Source of the DNA: Bacillota bacterium
GTDB lineage: Bacteria > Bacillota > Ch66 > Ch109
NCBI GenBank assembly: GCA_013178275.1
Contig: JABLWZ010000011.1
Location: forward strand, 89,422-153,421
Length of the DNA: 64,000 nt
Reading direction: 5' to 3'
Made by a program: the position numbers and the translations under genes. Below are positions 44,334 to 57,421 of this stretch, one piece after another (the stretch's first letter is position 1; each line of letters starts with the position of its first letter). Below the pieces are notes generated by a model. It searched no databases and was not told the origin of the DNA. It was given only the letters and a program-made list of their open reading frames with translations.

Positions 44334-45413
44334 CTATGCTTTTTTCTGGACACCTTCGAAGTATTTTTTATTGTACAGTACAGATGGATTATTTGGTTTG
44401 TGTTCTCCCGCCATATTATTATACTTGATGGCTTCTTCGATGTTTCCAAGCTTGTCATAGCAGACCGCCAGTTCTATACAAGGTGTATAGCCCCAGCAGT
44501 CATTACGGATAAAACCCCAGTTGTTTTCGGGTTTTTTAAGCCGGGTGGCCAGTTCAAACCAGAAGAGCGCGCTGGCATAGTCGCTAACATTCTTGTAGTG
44601 ATAACCTATCTGGCAGCAAATCTCCGCTCTGGGAGTGGCGAATTCAAAGCTTCTTAACATGGCCCGGAGCGAGCTTTTGCGATCGTTTATCGCGCTGTAG
44701 CAGTTTGCCATCTCGTAACACGCGCAGATATTGTCTTCAACCCAGCCTTTTCCCGAGTCGAGAAACCTTCCAAAGTATTTTATAGCGTCTTCGTAACGGC
44801 GGTTGTTTTCTAACTCACGGGCATAGTAGTATAAGCCCCGGGGACTAAGTTCTTTTCCTTCTGAGATGATTCTTTCGTATATCCTGATGTTTCTATCGGT
44901 CGCGGGAGAATGCGCTTTTTGATGGGTGATCGCGATGTCCGCGTTGATGATGCGGCCTCCTTTTTCAAGGAGCTCGTGTACCGGCTCACACCACTTGAAG
45001 TTTCTGGATCTCTTCGAGAGCCTTTCTCTGTAGTAGGAAAAGGTTACATTCCCTTCAGCGTCAAAACCGGTGTTGTATTTCATCATAACGACGTCGACGC
45101 CTGAATCCAGTGTCTCCTTCAAGTCTTTAAGCTTTGTCCGATCCTCGGGTGATACCACGTCATCCGCGTCGAGCCACATGATGTACTCCATGCTTGCCTG
45201 GTCATAGGAGTAGTTTCTGGCGGCTGAGAAATCATCGATCCACTCGAAGTCATAGATCTTATCGGTAAATTTACGCGCGACCTCTTTTGTCTGGTCGATG
45301 GAACCGGTATCGACGATTATTATCTCATCAAAGATGCCCGGGACTGAACTCAGGCACCTTTCAAGCGTGTCCTCTTCATTTTTTACGATCATGCAAAGAC
45401 TGATAGTAATCAC
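44334..45413 (-). CDS. GT2 glycosyltransferase with C-terminal TPR repeats
   Basis: ISLCMIVKNEEDTLERCL, IIVDTGSIDQT, WLDADDV (DxD). The C-terminal half has TPR-like repeats (..YYYARELENNRRYEDAIKYF..). Confidence 0.85.
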   Translation of the reverse strand: MITISLCMIVKNEEDTLERCLSSVPGIFDEIIIVDTGSIDQTKEVARKFTDKIYDFEWIDDFSAARNYSYDQASMEYIMWLDADDVVSPEDRTKLKDLKETLDSGVDVVMMKYNTGFDAEGNVTFSYYRERLSKRSRNFKWCEPVHELLEKGGRIINADIAITHQKAHSPATDRNIRIYERIISEGKELSPRGLYYYARELENNRRYEDAIKYFGRFLDSGKGWVEDNICACYEMANCYSAINDRKSSLRAMLRSFEFATPRAEICCQIGYHYKNVSDYASALFWFELATRLKKPENNWGFIRNDCWGYTPCIELAVCYDKLGNIEEAIKYNNMAGEHKPNNPSVLYNKKYFEGVQKKA

Positions 45414-45447
45414 AAATTCCCCTCCCTAAAACGTATAATGGCCGGCA

Positions 45448-47019
45448 TTATTCTTTCCATTCCACCAACCTGGGGTTGGGGTCAAGGATCGATTCATATT
45501 GTTCTTTCCATCCATAAAAGGATCCCTGGTCGAGCTGCGTATACCGTTGATACTTGGCAAGGCGATCCCCGGGATCGATCCAGCCCAGGTGCTTTAACCT
45601 GAATTCGGACAGTTTCAGGGGAAGCATCGCTATATTTTTGGGGAATCTGCCGCAGTGCAGGGGCATCTCATTCCACTCATCGACAAAACCCGGCCGGTAC
45701 CTGAGCAAAAAAGGCCGGTAGATAGTATGGGCACGCCAGTAGTTGTCTTCCCGGTAGTGGTTCTCGTCCCAGAAGTCATACAGCCTGAAATAGTAAACAT
45801 CTGCGTCGGGATCTTCGATCAATATCCGGACTCCCTGCCTAAATTTGCTTTCAAATACTTCATCGGCATCAAGGTTTAATATCCACTGCGGACCGGTCTC
45901 GACGGTCGCTTTCCACTGCTGCTTTCTAAGCTCCACTTCGTTGGAAAACTTGGAAACTGAGTTCGAAACGATATGAAGAGGAATCCCGCGCAGTATGCTC
46001 CGGCAAAGGTTTACGCTGTGGTCCGTGCTGCCGTCGTCAATGATGACGGCTTCGTCTATATAGTGCTTATGTTCATCTAATACCCTCGCCAGATATCTAT
46101 CCGCCTCATTTTTAATTATCATCGATAAGGTTAAGTGAGGTTTGCGCCGGTCTTTGATCGTTAGGTCAGGGAGCTTCTGGACCACGGGTTTTTCCACTCT
46201 GCACCTGGCCTTGAAATCGTTTGCTCCTGCCAGCAGTGATTCTCGGTAGATGTGGTATGCCGGGTAATGGGTATCCACAAAAAGATTCAGGCCCAGCGCG
46301 ATGGCCCGTACACAAAAATGACGGTCCTCCCCCCATAAGGTCAGGTTTTTTATTTGTTTGAAACTGACCCCGGCGAGCAGGGCTTTTTTACTGATAAGCG
46401 TACATGCTCCGAGCCCACCGACTTCGTAGACGCCCGGAGTTTTTAACTGTTCGAGAAAACTCTGCTGCCTCGCTGCCTGTTCTTCCGAACTCAGCCTCTC
46501 CCCCCTCACCCGGCGGGCCATGTCATAATGATCGTACAGCCACACATTGGGAAGTTCCGGGCTTCCCGGATACCATGCGGTCCAGAAGACCTCTGAAATA
46601 ATATCCTTTCCCGTGTCGATAAGGTGTTGAATGGTCGCCGGATGCAGGATCAGGTCCGAATCGATCAGAAACAGGTAATCATAATCGAGTTCGATGGCTT
46701 TTTCGATCATAAAGTCTTTAAAGCCGGCGACCCTCCAAATCAGGTGTTCCTTCCAATAATGGGTAGTATCATCACATACATAAGCCTCATGAGTATTCCC
46801 GGCCTTCTCTATGCTTTCAGCCTTAAACAGAAAAGTGCGCTGGTTTTCTTCGAAACGCAGCAACTGTCGGCTGGATTCTTCGTATTCGTTGTCATCGACC
46901 AAGATGAAGCTCAGTTCTATATCCCTTTGATCCAAAGAGTTCAGTGATTCAATAAACTCTTTCAAAATTTCAGGTTTTTGTCGTATCGGGCTCCCGAGCA
47001 GTACCCTTTTCTTTGCCAT
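45448..47019 (-). CDS. two-domain glycosyltransferase (N-terminal GT-A-like plus C-terminal GT2)
   Basis: N-terminal half has FILVDDNE and LIDSDLIL. C-terminal half has LSMIIKNEADRYL, IIDDGSTDHS and NLDADEVF. Confidence 0.75.
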   Translation of the reverse strand: MAKKRVLLGSPIRQKPEILKEFIESLNSLDQRDIELSFILVDDNEYEESSRQLLRFEENQRTFLFKAESIEKAGNTHEAYVCDDTTHYWKEHLIWRVAGFKDFMIEKAIELDYDYLFLIDSDLILHPATIQHLIDTGKDIISEVFWTAWYPGSPELPNVWLYDHYDMARRVRGERLSSEEQAARQQSFLEQLKTPGVYEVGGLGACTLISKKALLAGVSFKQIKNLTLWGEDRHFCVRAIALGLNLFVDTHYPAYHIYRESLLAGANDFKARCRVEKPVVQKLPDLTIKDRRKPHLTLSMIIKNEADRYLARVLDEHKHYIDEAVIIDDGSTDHSVNLCRSILRGIPLHIVSNSVSKFSNEVELRKQQWKATVETGPQWILNLDADEVFESKFRQGVRILIEDPDADVYYFRLYDFWDENHYREDNYWRAHTIYRPFLLRYRPGFVDEWNEMPLHCGRFPKNIAMLPLKLSEFRLKHLGWIDPGDRLAKYQRYTQLDQGSFYGWKEQYESILDPNPRLVEWKE

Positions 47020-47166
47020 AAATACCGGCTCCTTGTCTCAGTATTACACTCGAACGAAGCGTTCGATGAATTCTCATAGTATTTTCAGTTTAAGCAGGAC
47101 CAGTTTGTCATCGGGTCTGGATTCTCCCGTCTTATCACGCTTTTTTGTCCCTTTCAGGTTAAACTA

Positions 47167-47198
47167 AGCTGACGCCGCTTGCAGAGCGGCGCCAGCTT
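47167..47198. other. strong GC-rich hairpin between the collagen-like gene and downstream GT genes
   Basis: AGCTGACGCCGCT-tgcag-AGCGGCGCCAGCT, about 13 bp with one G-U when read on the minus strand. No clear U-tract. Confidence 0.4.
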
Positions 47199-47225
47199 AT
47201 TATAGATTTAATCTTCAACTACCAG

Positions 47226-49910
<2,685 letters not shown>

Positions 49911-50075
49911 CTACCCCTGTAAAAGATAAGAAAATGCGGGCCCAGCTACTGGGGACAGGACTTCGGTATAGATTCATTTCGAAAGGGGATTGCCGAAATC
50001 TTACGAAAGAATAATAATAGAGGAAGTAATAGTGGTATTAATATTTATTTGCGGTAATGTAAGGGGGAGCGACAG

Positions 50076-50468
50076 GTGATTAAATGGAAAGAGGAGTATA
50101 AGGTTGGAGTAGAAGAAATCGATAAACAGCACCAGAAACTGTTTGAAATCGCCAATCGGGCTTTTCAACTTTTTAAAAACGATTTATTACTTGACAAGTA
50201 CGACCAAATCATTTGTGTATTGGAGGAACTGAAAGATTATACGGTTTACCACTTCAAATATGAAGAGGATTATATGACCAGTATCGGGTATAAGAAGTTT
50301 CTATCACATAAGGTTGAACATAATGACTTTATTGAAAAAATTAATAACGTAGATCTTAATAAGGTGGACGAAGACCAGAGCCGCTACCTTATGGACATTC
50401 TGAATTTTGTAGTTAAATGGATTGAGGTGCACATTTTAGATAGGGATAAAAAGATTGTTATGGATTAA
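50076..50468 (+). CDS. bacteriohemerythrin
   Basis: W.EEYKVGVEEIDKQHQKLF, later H..EE..M and H..EH..F, and a C-terminal W...HI...D iron-ligand pattern. Confidence 0.85.
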   Translation: MIKWKEEYKVGVEEIDKQHQKLFEIANRAFQLFKNDLLLDKYDQIICVLEELKDYTVYHFKYEEDYMTSIGYKKFLSHKVEHNDFIEKINNVDLNKVDEDQSRYLMDILNFVVKWIEVHILDRDKKIVMD

Positions 50469-50801
50469 GATGTATTGAAAACCTCATAAAAATGGTCAAG
50501 AAGCGGTATTCGAGTTGTTCGGACACCGCATTTTTTTCTTCGTTATGTTGGAGAAATTATAAGGAATCAGTGTTCGGGGGGGAAATTACTTTTCATCCTT
50601 TTAGTTTATATATTTTTTTTATAAATTTTCACAGCCGTTTCAGTGATAATTATATAAGGGGTACCCTCAGCAACATTGGCAATAATCGAACCACCTGATA
50701 TTGGAGCGACAGAAAGCTTAATTGATAACTTGAAAGAAACGCACCTGGAAAGTGTTAATGCTCGACTAAAAAAGCACTGATAACATCAGGAAGGGGATTT
50801 T

Positions 50802-51983
50802 ATGAGAATCACCGCGCTTATATTGATTGTTTTATTGTTGTTGCCTGGATGTTCGGCCGGCGGGAACCCCGACGGACAGCCCACCGGGTCATCCGCGCCT
50901 GGGGTCGGCGCGGAGACTGAGATATTTACACCCGACCATCAGCTTTCCATGGAAGAAACGATAGAGAACTTCTTTTCATTACAGTATGACATATACACCG
51001 GCATGCGGTATTTCGATATCAGCTGCCTTATCGATACCAGCCAGCAGCGTCTGGTAAACGAGTTGGTGTGGTTGCAGACCCTCACCCTCCGCAGAAGGCT
51101 GATCGCGGAGAATGGGTTCTGCTATGTGGAGACGCAGAGGTACCCATATACCATAAGGTTTGATGAGCAGGCTGAAGACGAACGACTTGAGTTTTGGAGC
51201 CGGCATGGGATGAAAACCGAGGGCAGCATGGTGGTCAATTTTACCATCACCGGAGAAGCGGGCCGGGCTTATCCACCTTTCCTGGCTGTGAATTCTCAGC
51301 ATACCATGTTCCTGAAGCAAGAAAACGGTGTCTGGAAGATCACCTTTCACTACTACTCGGGAGCCAGCCGTTTCAGGAATAAAACCCTGGTGGTGCCGGG
51401 TGAGGGCGAGATGCTGGCCGGGCTGAGGGATGAATTTAAAAATGTTTCAGAACCTGATCTGGAGAGGGCTTCGGTCCCTCCAGGCACAGCGGCTTATGAC
51501 GGTACGCGGGCGGTCGAATACGCCATGAGACATGCGGAGTCAGCGAATCCCATCTTCTATGACGCCGGGGACTGGCGGGGCAACTGCGCGAACTTTACCT
51601 CCCAATGCATCTGGGCCGGATTCGGGGGCCGCGGCGAGACGGATGTTTCAGGCCAGCGGTTCATGACTTCCCGGTGGTACGCGGGAGAGGGAGGCGGTTC
51701 TTCGGCATGGGAAAACGTCGTGTCTTTCTGGAATTACGCGGCCAATCCCCCACGATCAGGGGGATTGAACGGCACAGTGGCGGCGGGTATTTCACAGTTG
51801 AAACCCGGCGGCATTATTCAGACCCGGCTTCCGGGAGAGGGCGAGGAGTTCGGCCACTCTCTGCTGCTGGTCAACCCTTCCACTTTGATGCTGGCGCAAA
51901 ACTCCCCCGATAATTTTGTCTACTATTCCGATCTGGTCAGCTCCGAGATGCGTTTTTACAATCCCGCCTATCTGGTTGAATAA
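50802..51983 (+). CDS. lipoprotein with C-terminal putative amidase domain (Amidase_6-like)
   Basis: Signal peptide with lipobox LLLPGC. ..YDGTRAVEYAMRHA..GNCANFTSQCIWAG.. resembles the putative amidase domain of Firmicute proteins. Confidence 0.6.
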   Translation: MRITALILIVLLLLPGCSAGGNPDGQPTGSSAPGVGAETEIFTPDHQLSMEETIENFFSLQYDIYTGMRYFDISCLIDTSQQRLVNELVWLQTLTLRRRLIAENGFCYVETQRYPYTIRFDEQAEDERLEFWSRHGMKTEGSMVVNFTITGEAGRAYPPFLAVNSQHTMFLKQENGVWKITFHYYSGASRFRNKTLVVPGEGEMLAGLRDEFKNVSEPDLERASVPPGTAAYDGTRAVEYAMRHAESANPIFYDAGDWRGNCANFTSQCIWAGFGGRGETDVSGQRFMTSRWYAGEGGGSSAWENVVSFWNYAANPPRSGGLNGTVAAGISQLKPGGIIQTRLPGEGEEFGHSLLLVNPSTLMLAQNSPDNFVYYSDLVSSEMRFYNPAYLVE

Positions 51984-52039
51984 AGGCCCGGGATTAAAAA
52001 TTGATCGTGATGGACGGGGTGTATTTATATTAAAAGAAC

Positions 52040-52066
52040 AGCGGCTAAATTCATAGCCGCTTTTTG
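52040..52066 (+). terminator. rho-independent terminator
   Basis: AGCGGCTA-aattca-TAGCCGCT plus TTTTT. Confidence 0.65.
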
Positions 52067-52317
52067 CATTATCAGAGATTTCGTTACCGGCCTGGATTTC
52101 ACCCGATTGTATCAAGGCGGTCATAGAAATTGTGGCAAAAAAAAGGAAAATGCAAGGGAAACAACGAATCTTATTTTTTAAAGCAGATAATGCAGTCTTC
52201 AACGGATGTAGCTGCCGAGCCAAAAAATATATTCCATATGATACCGATTCTGCACTGTGCGCTCCGCTTCAAATTGCTGCAGATAAACGGCCTGAAATAA
52301 ACTAATAATCAAAGCGG

Positions 52318-53877
52318 GTGATTGCGATAAGGTATCAATTCGTTTCATATCTGTGGATATCATTGTTCTTAACACTGTTGATCATAGGTTTAATCGTTTA
52401 CGCCTGGAAAAACCGCTCAGTAATCGGGAGCCGCTATTTTTTATCGACCCTGGCTCTGGTCGAGGTCTGGGTCTTCGCGCAGGCCCTGGAGATGGCGGCG
52501 CTCGATCTACCAACCAAACTGGTCTGGGCCAACATCCAGTACATGCCGATCATGCTGACGCCCCTGGCTTACCTGTATTTAACTCTGCAGTTGACGAGGC
52601 GTGAGTACTGGTTGCAGCAGCGGTGGTTGAAGATAGTGCTGTTGATTGCCCCGGTTGTGATAAACATCCTGGTATGGACCAACGATACGCACGGGTTGAT
52701 CAGGCAGAACGTTTATTTAAACGACAGCGGCCTGTTTCCGACTGTAGGTAAAACCTTCGGCCCGCTGTTCTGGGTGGCGGCCGTTTATAATTATTCGATC
52801 ATAGTATTAACATTCATAAACCTGGCGTATGCCTTCCAGGAGAAGATATCGATATACCGTAAGCAGATAGTTTTCCTCATTATCGCCCTTTTACTGCCCG
52901 TTATTTCGAACCTGATCCATATCACCGGGTTGAACCCTTTTCGGGTCGATACTACACCGCCGGTTTTCGGATTATCCGCGATCATAATCTCATGGGGGAT
53001 TTTCCGGTTCCGTTTATTCGATGTCGTTCCCATAGCTCATTCCATAATCATTCAGGAAATGAAGACTGGAATGATCGTACTGGACGATAAAGGCCGGTTT
53101 TTAGATATAAACGCGGCTGCCAGAAAAATGCTGAACCTCTCTTCCGAACGCCTCATCGGGCATTCCATCGAGACCGAACTGCAGGGGCTGCCCGATCTGA
53201 TACGCATCTGCCGGGAAGGGAAGGACGCCGTCCAGGAGATGGTTTTTAAGAGCGATGAAACTAAATACTACGAGGTTTCCTTTACCAAGATAACCAACTC
53301 GGATAATGAATTCATCGGGTGGCTGCTGCAGATATACGACATCACGGAGCGGAAACTGGCAGAGGAGATAGTCAGGCACGCGGCCCTGCATGACGCCTTG
53401 ACGGGGTTGCCGAACCGGAACTACTTTCAGATCCTGTTTTCACAGGAACTGGCCCTGGCTAAAATGCGGCGGGACGTATTGACGGCGGCCTATCTGGACC
53501 TGGACGATTTCAAGGTTATCAATGACACCTATGGACACGATGTCGGCGACCGGGCGCTGGTCGAGGTCGCGGAAAGGCTTAAAGGGGTTTTGCGTCAATC
53601 GGATATAGTATCCAGATACGGGGGAGACGAGTTCACGATAATACTGCCCCAGGTTGGAGATGACGAGACGATCGGGCAGATAGGAAGCAAGATACTGGAA
53701 ACATTTAAAGCCAGCGTCGATCTCCATGAAGTCTCTCTGCAGGTCGGAGCCAGCATCGGATTCAGCGTGTTTCCCCGGGATGGCGACAATATCAATGTTT
53801 TATTGAAGAAGGCCGACCAGGCCATGTACATGGTAAAAGGCAATAATAAAGGCAACTACTGTATTTACAAAGAATAG
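52318..53877 (+). CDS. 7TM-PAS-GGDEF diguanylate cyclase
   Basis: N-terminal ~7 TM helices, a PAS block (..IIQEMKTGMIVLDDKGRF..) and a GGDEF domain with an intact RYGGDEF active site. Confidence 0.85.
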   Translation: MIAIRYQFVSYLWISLFLTLLIIGLIVYAWKNRSVIGSRYFLSTLALVEVWVFAQALEMAALDLPTKLVWANIQYMPIMLTPLAYLYLTLQLTRREYWLQQRWLKIVLLIAPVVINILVWTNDTHGLIRQNVYLNDSGLFPTVGKTFGPLFWVAAVYNYSIIVLTFINLAYAFQEKISIYRKQIVFLIIALLLPVISNLIHITGLNPFRVDTTPPVFGLSAIIISWGIFRFRLFDVVPIAHSIIIQEMKTGMIVLDDKGRFLDINAAARKMLNLSSERLIGHSIETELQGLPDLIRICREGKDAVQEMVFKSDETKYYEVSFTKITNSDNEFIGWLLQIYDITERKLAEEIVRHAALHDALTGLPNRNYFQILFSQELALAKMRRDVLTAAYLDLDDFKVINDTYGHDVGDRALVEVAERLKGVLRQSDIVSRYGGDEFTIILPQVGDDETIGQIGSKILETFKASVDLHEVSLQVGASIGFSVFPRDGDNINVLLKKADQAMYMVKGNNKGNYCIYKE

Positions 53878-54010
53878 GAGACGGCAGCAACCGCGCAGTC
53901 ATTGACTGAACGGGCGGCGAAGAAAGCTATTGCTACCGCCAAGGGCGGAGCCGTAGCTGCACTTGCTTGCATCGGAAAGTCCTCTAATATACTTTCCGAT
54001 AGCGAAAAGG

Positions 54011-54040
54011 AGGCGGCACCCGGTTGCCGCCTTTTATTTA
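54011..54040. terminator. bidirectional terminator
   Basis: AGGCGGCA-cccgg-TTGCCGCCT with a T-run on plus and an A-run before it. It is preceded by a perfect 10-bp hairpin ATCGGAAAGT..ACTTTCCGAT at 53971-54000. Confidence 0.65.
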
Positions 54041-54085
54041 CATTATCATCTTTACCGGCGGTTATCCGTATCATCTGGCAGGGTA

Positions 54086-55288
54086 TTAAACCAGTATGTT
54101 GACTAAAAGGAGTGTCAGAAAGATTACGAACAGGCTCGGCAGGATTATCGGTTTGTACGACCTCCAAAAATCGGCCTGGAAGTACTGTACCGTCAAAACG
54201 AAACACAGGTGTACGGGGGAGATCATCACGCCAATGACTGCCGAGATATAAGCCAGCGTCACATAGGCGGGTGCAGGATCGACCAGCGCCATGACCAGGG
54301 GGAACGAGATGCCGATGCAGGCCTGAACCAGCCCGGTCAAAATACCCGCCAGGAGCGGGATCCCGATGATAGTTGCGGCCACCGGCATGTGCAGGGCAAG
54401 GATAGCCTGGCTCACCTCATTCACCGCTCCCGATAAAGAAAGTACATCCTTGAAAGCCATCGTCCCCCAGGTCAACAGTACGATCTGAATCGTTAACCGC
54501 TCGAACAGGGTCTCGACGACAGACCGCAGGGGATAGCGTTTTTGGATAATGAGGACTGTCAATGTGATGACCAGGGCCCACTCGAGGGGGACGCGGCTCA
54601 GGACCATGGCTACAGTCGCCAGCAGCGGCCAGGTGTTTTTAAGCAGGGTTGGTCCGACCTTTGAATCGGGACGGTTGTTGTCAGGTCGGCCGGAAACGGC
54701 CCGGTAGCGCCGGAATATATAAAGATAGCCGACCACCGCCCAGATAATGGTGAACGGCCACTGCCAGAGCACCATGGTCGATAATGAGGCCCCGGAGAGG
54801 TAGGCGGCCAGTACCAGACCGGGATATAGAGGCAGGGAGTATTCCCAGATGTGCCTGAACCAGAAATTGATGAACACCTTGTCTTCGGGTGGATAGGAGG
54901 AGTCGGTTGTCGCCTGTCCTACCAGGGGGGCGGAGAATCTCGCTCCCCCGGCTGAAGGCAGCAGACCGATAATGGCGGGGACGGCAGCAACCAGCAGCTT
55001 TGGGTTTAAGGGCAGTTTGAACAGCGACTCGGTCATCGCGGCGAGCATCCCGGTACGCCTCATGACCGATTCCAAAAGCATTATCAATACCAGGGCGGTG
55101 ATCAGGGTAATGGTGGAGGGGGTGATAAACGTCAGGAGGTATTGTTTCGCCAGGGAAAAGATGCTCAGGCCAAACAGCAGTCCGAGAAAAGTGGTCGAGA
55201 CCAGCATCGTAATGCCCAGACCGACTTTTCTGCGCAGCAGGATTATTATCAAGGTGAAAACGACTAATATTTTAAAAATAGACAGCAT
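54086..55288 (-). CDS. polytopic membrane protein (DUF401-like, tentative)
   Basis: 400 aa, more than 10 TM helices, no catalytic motif recognised. Confidence 0.5.
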   Translation of the reverse strand: MLSIFKILVVFTLIIILLRRKVGLGITMLVSTTFLGLLFGLSIFSLAKQYLLTFITPSTITLITALVLIMLLESVMRRTGMLAAMTESLFKLPLNPKLLVAAVPAIIGLLPSAGGARFSAPLVGQATTDSSYPPEDKVFINFWFRHIWEYSLPLYPGLVLAAYLSGASLSTMVLWQWPFTIIWAVVGYLYIFRRYRAVSGRPDNNRPDSKVGPTLLKNTWPLLATVAMVLSRVPLEWALVITLTVLIIQKRYPLRSVVETLFERLTIQIVLLTWGTMAFKDVLSLSGAVNEVSQAILALHMPVAATIIGIPLLAGILTGLVQACIGISFPLVMALVDPAPAYVTLAYISAVIGVMISPVHLCFVLTVQYFQADFWRSYKPIILPSLFVIFLTLLLVNILV

Positions 55289-55348
55289 ATCCGGCTCCGT
55301 ACTTTAAAATAATATTCTATTAATTTATCAATCAATAACCCTATAATT

Positions 55349-55711
55349 TTATATCATTATGTACATGGGTGTACAGTTAAAGTTCTCGTCATCACAGTGT
55401 ATCTCCATCTTCGGGTCGGCCTCCTCGAATCCAAAATTTTTATAAAACCCCACAGCGGATGGGATGGCCATTACCGAAATTATTTTAACCCCGAGCTTGC
55501 GTTCCCGTTTGATGATGTGTTCCAGGAATTTCCTGCCCAGTCCACTTCCGTGCAGGTCCTTGTCTATCCCAAACCCGATTATTTCAACCGTCGGGAGGAA
55601 TGGAAACTCGTTATCGTGCTTGTGCCTGATCCCGGAGATACAAAAAAAGGCCACTATTTTCATGGTTTTCTTGGCCGCGACCAGGTAGGTTCTGGATTTT
55701 CCGATTTTAGA
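55349..55711 (-). pseudogene. GNAT N-acetyltransferase, 3' fragment (interrupted by IS)
   Basis: Encodes SKIGKSRTYLV..HGSGLGRKFLEHI.. (acetyl-CoA loop Q/RxxGxG/A). The first 4 codons of the ORF-track product (MGIY) are IS-derived or ambiguous. Confidence 0.75.
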
Positions 55712-57274
55712 GTAGATTCCCATGCCGCCTGCGGCGGCACCATCAGAGGAACGAAAATGGGTTATATCGAATTAGTTCTTTAGCGGCTGGCGAAGCGAGG
55801 TCGATTCTTTATTGGTGCCTTGAGCCCGTAGTGGTAGATTGACCTCAGCGATCTGGTGCACCACAGAATGTTGCTCCCGCGAGGGAAGCACGCAGGGCAG
55901 AATGCCTTATTTAGGTCGCTGCACCAACCCAATACAAACCGCTAAAGGAGTGCAACACAAATGGAGATCCTCTATTCACGCTGCTGTGGGCTGGATGTTC
56001 ACAAAAAAACGATCACTGCCTGCAGCATCACACCCAAAGGAAAGGAGCTAAGAACGTTTGGTACCATGACCCCCGATCTGCTCAATCTGGCTGAGTGGAT
56101 CAAGGCTGAGGGCTGCACCCACGTGGCCATGGAATCTACCGGCGTTTTCTGGAAGCCAGTCTACAACATCCTTGAATGTTACAATGTGGAGATCCTGGTG
56201 GTCAACGCCCAGCACATAAAGGCTGTTCCTGGGCGTAAGACCGATGTCAAGGATGCCGAGTGGATCGCCAACCTGCTCCGCCATGGGCTCCTTAAAAGTA
56301 GCTTCATTCAGAACCGGGAGCAGAGGGAACTAAAAGAGCTGGTCGGATACCGTAAGAGCCTGGTTGACGAGCGTGCCCGCGAAGTAAACCGAATTCAAAA
56401 AGTACTTGAGGGTGCCGGCATCAAACTGGCATCGGTAGCTACTGACATCACAGGAGTTTCCGGACGCAGCATACTTGATGCCATCGTTTCCGGCGTCGAA
56501 GACCCAAAATTCCTGGCGTCGTTGTCCAGAGGGAAGCTCAAGAATAAACATGAGCAGATGGAGCAGGCCCTCCAGGGACTGGTGGGCAAACATCAAAGGA
56601 TGCTGATTTCCACGCAGTTGAAGCACATTGACTTTCTCGATCAGGAGATTGCCAGGCTAGATCAGGAGATTGAGGAGCAGATGCGCCCTTTTGAACAGGA
56701 GATCGCGTTTCTCGATGCCGTCCCGGGTATCGGGGTGAGGAGCGCCCAGGTCATCCTGGCCTGTATCGGCACGGATATGTCCCGCTTCCCCACTACGTCA
56801 CACATTGCCTCATGGTCAGGGCTCTGTCCGGGGAATAACGAGAGCGCCGGCAAGCGTAAGAAAGTTAAAAGCAAAAAGGGGAATCCACTCTTACGCACTA
56901 CGTTGATCCAGGCCGCCAAATCAGCTTCACATACCAAGAATACGTATCTTTCTGCTCAGTACCATCGGATAGCTGCCCGGCGTGGAAAGAACAAAGCCGC
57001 TGTTGCTGTTGCTCACTCCATACTGGTCATCGTCTATTGTATGTTGAAGCATCACCGTCCTTACCAGGAAATGGGCGCCGATTACTTTGCCAAGACTAAT
57101 GCTAAGGCTATTAAAAACCGTGCTATCAAACAGCTTGAGATGTTAGGCTTCAGGTCAGGATCGAGGCCGCTTAATTTTTCGTTATTTGTTTTTTCTTTAA
57201 AAGCTACGTTATTGAACCCTTTTGGGAGGGGTTTAGTCAGGTGTTGCCTTTCCGGAACTGTTATTTTCAGGACA
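55712..57274 (+). mobile_element. IS110-family insertion sequence (~1563 bp)
   Basis: Boundaries come from rejoining the two GNAT fragments. AGTA is present at both junctions (55711-55714 and 57274-57277), so the ends are defined to within 4 nt. The non-coding left end is ~245 nt and the right end ~100 nt. No terminal inverted repeats were noticed, as expected for IS110. Confidence 0.75.
55961..57173 (+). CDS. IS110-family (DEDD) transposase, probable frameshift near 57150
   Basis: [16 protein letters not shown].. N-terminal DEDD domain. ..[45 protein letters not shown].. is the C-terminal Transposase_20 domain. The in-frame ORF runs on to 57577, beyond the IS end. The +1 frame gives ..VRIEAA stop at 57171-57173. 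Confidence 0.7.
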
Positions 57275-57421
57275 GTAAAGTACATCGTCTCTCAGGTAAT
57301 AGTCTATCGAATGAACCCCGCAGCTGAAGTTTTCTATCAATTTTTTGTTGCGTTCTCTAAGTCTGACCAGTTTATAACGGTGCATCTGTTTTACCCCGAA
57401 ATTCTCGCAGTTTGTATCCAC
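57275..57421 (-). pseudogene. GNAT N-acetyltransferase, 5' fragment
   Basis: MHRYKLVRLRERNKKLIENFSCGVHSIDYYLRDDVLY (start ATG 57385, or TTG 57421). The F.CG....D.YL motif is typical of the N-terminus of small GNATs. The following CPENNSSGKATPD-stop is read from IS sequence. Confidence 0.7.
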
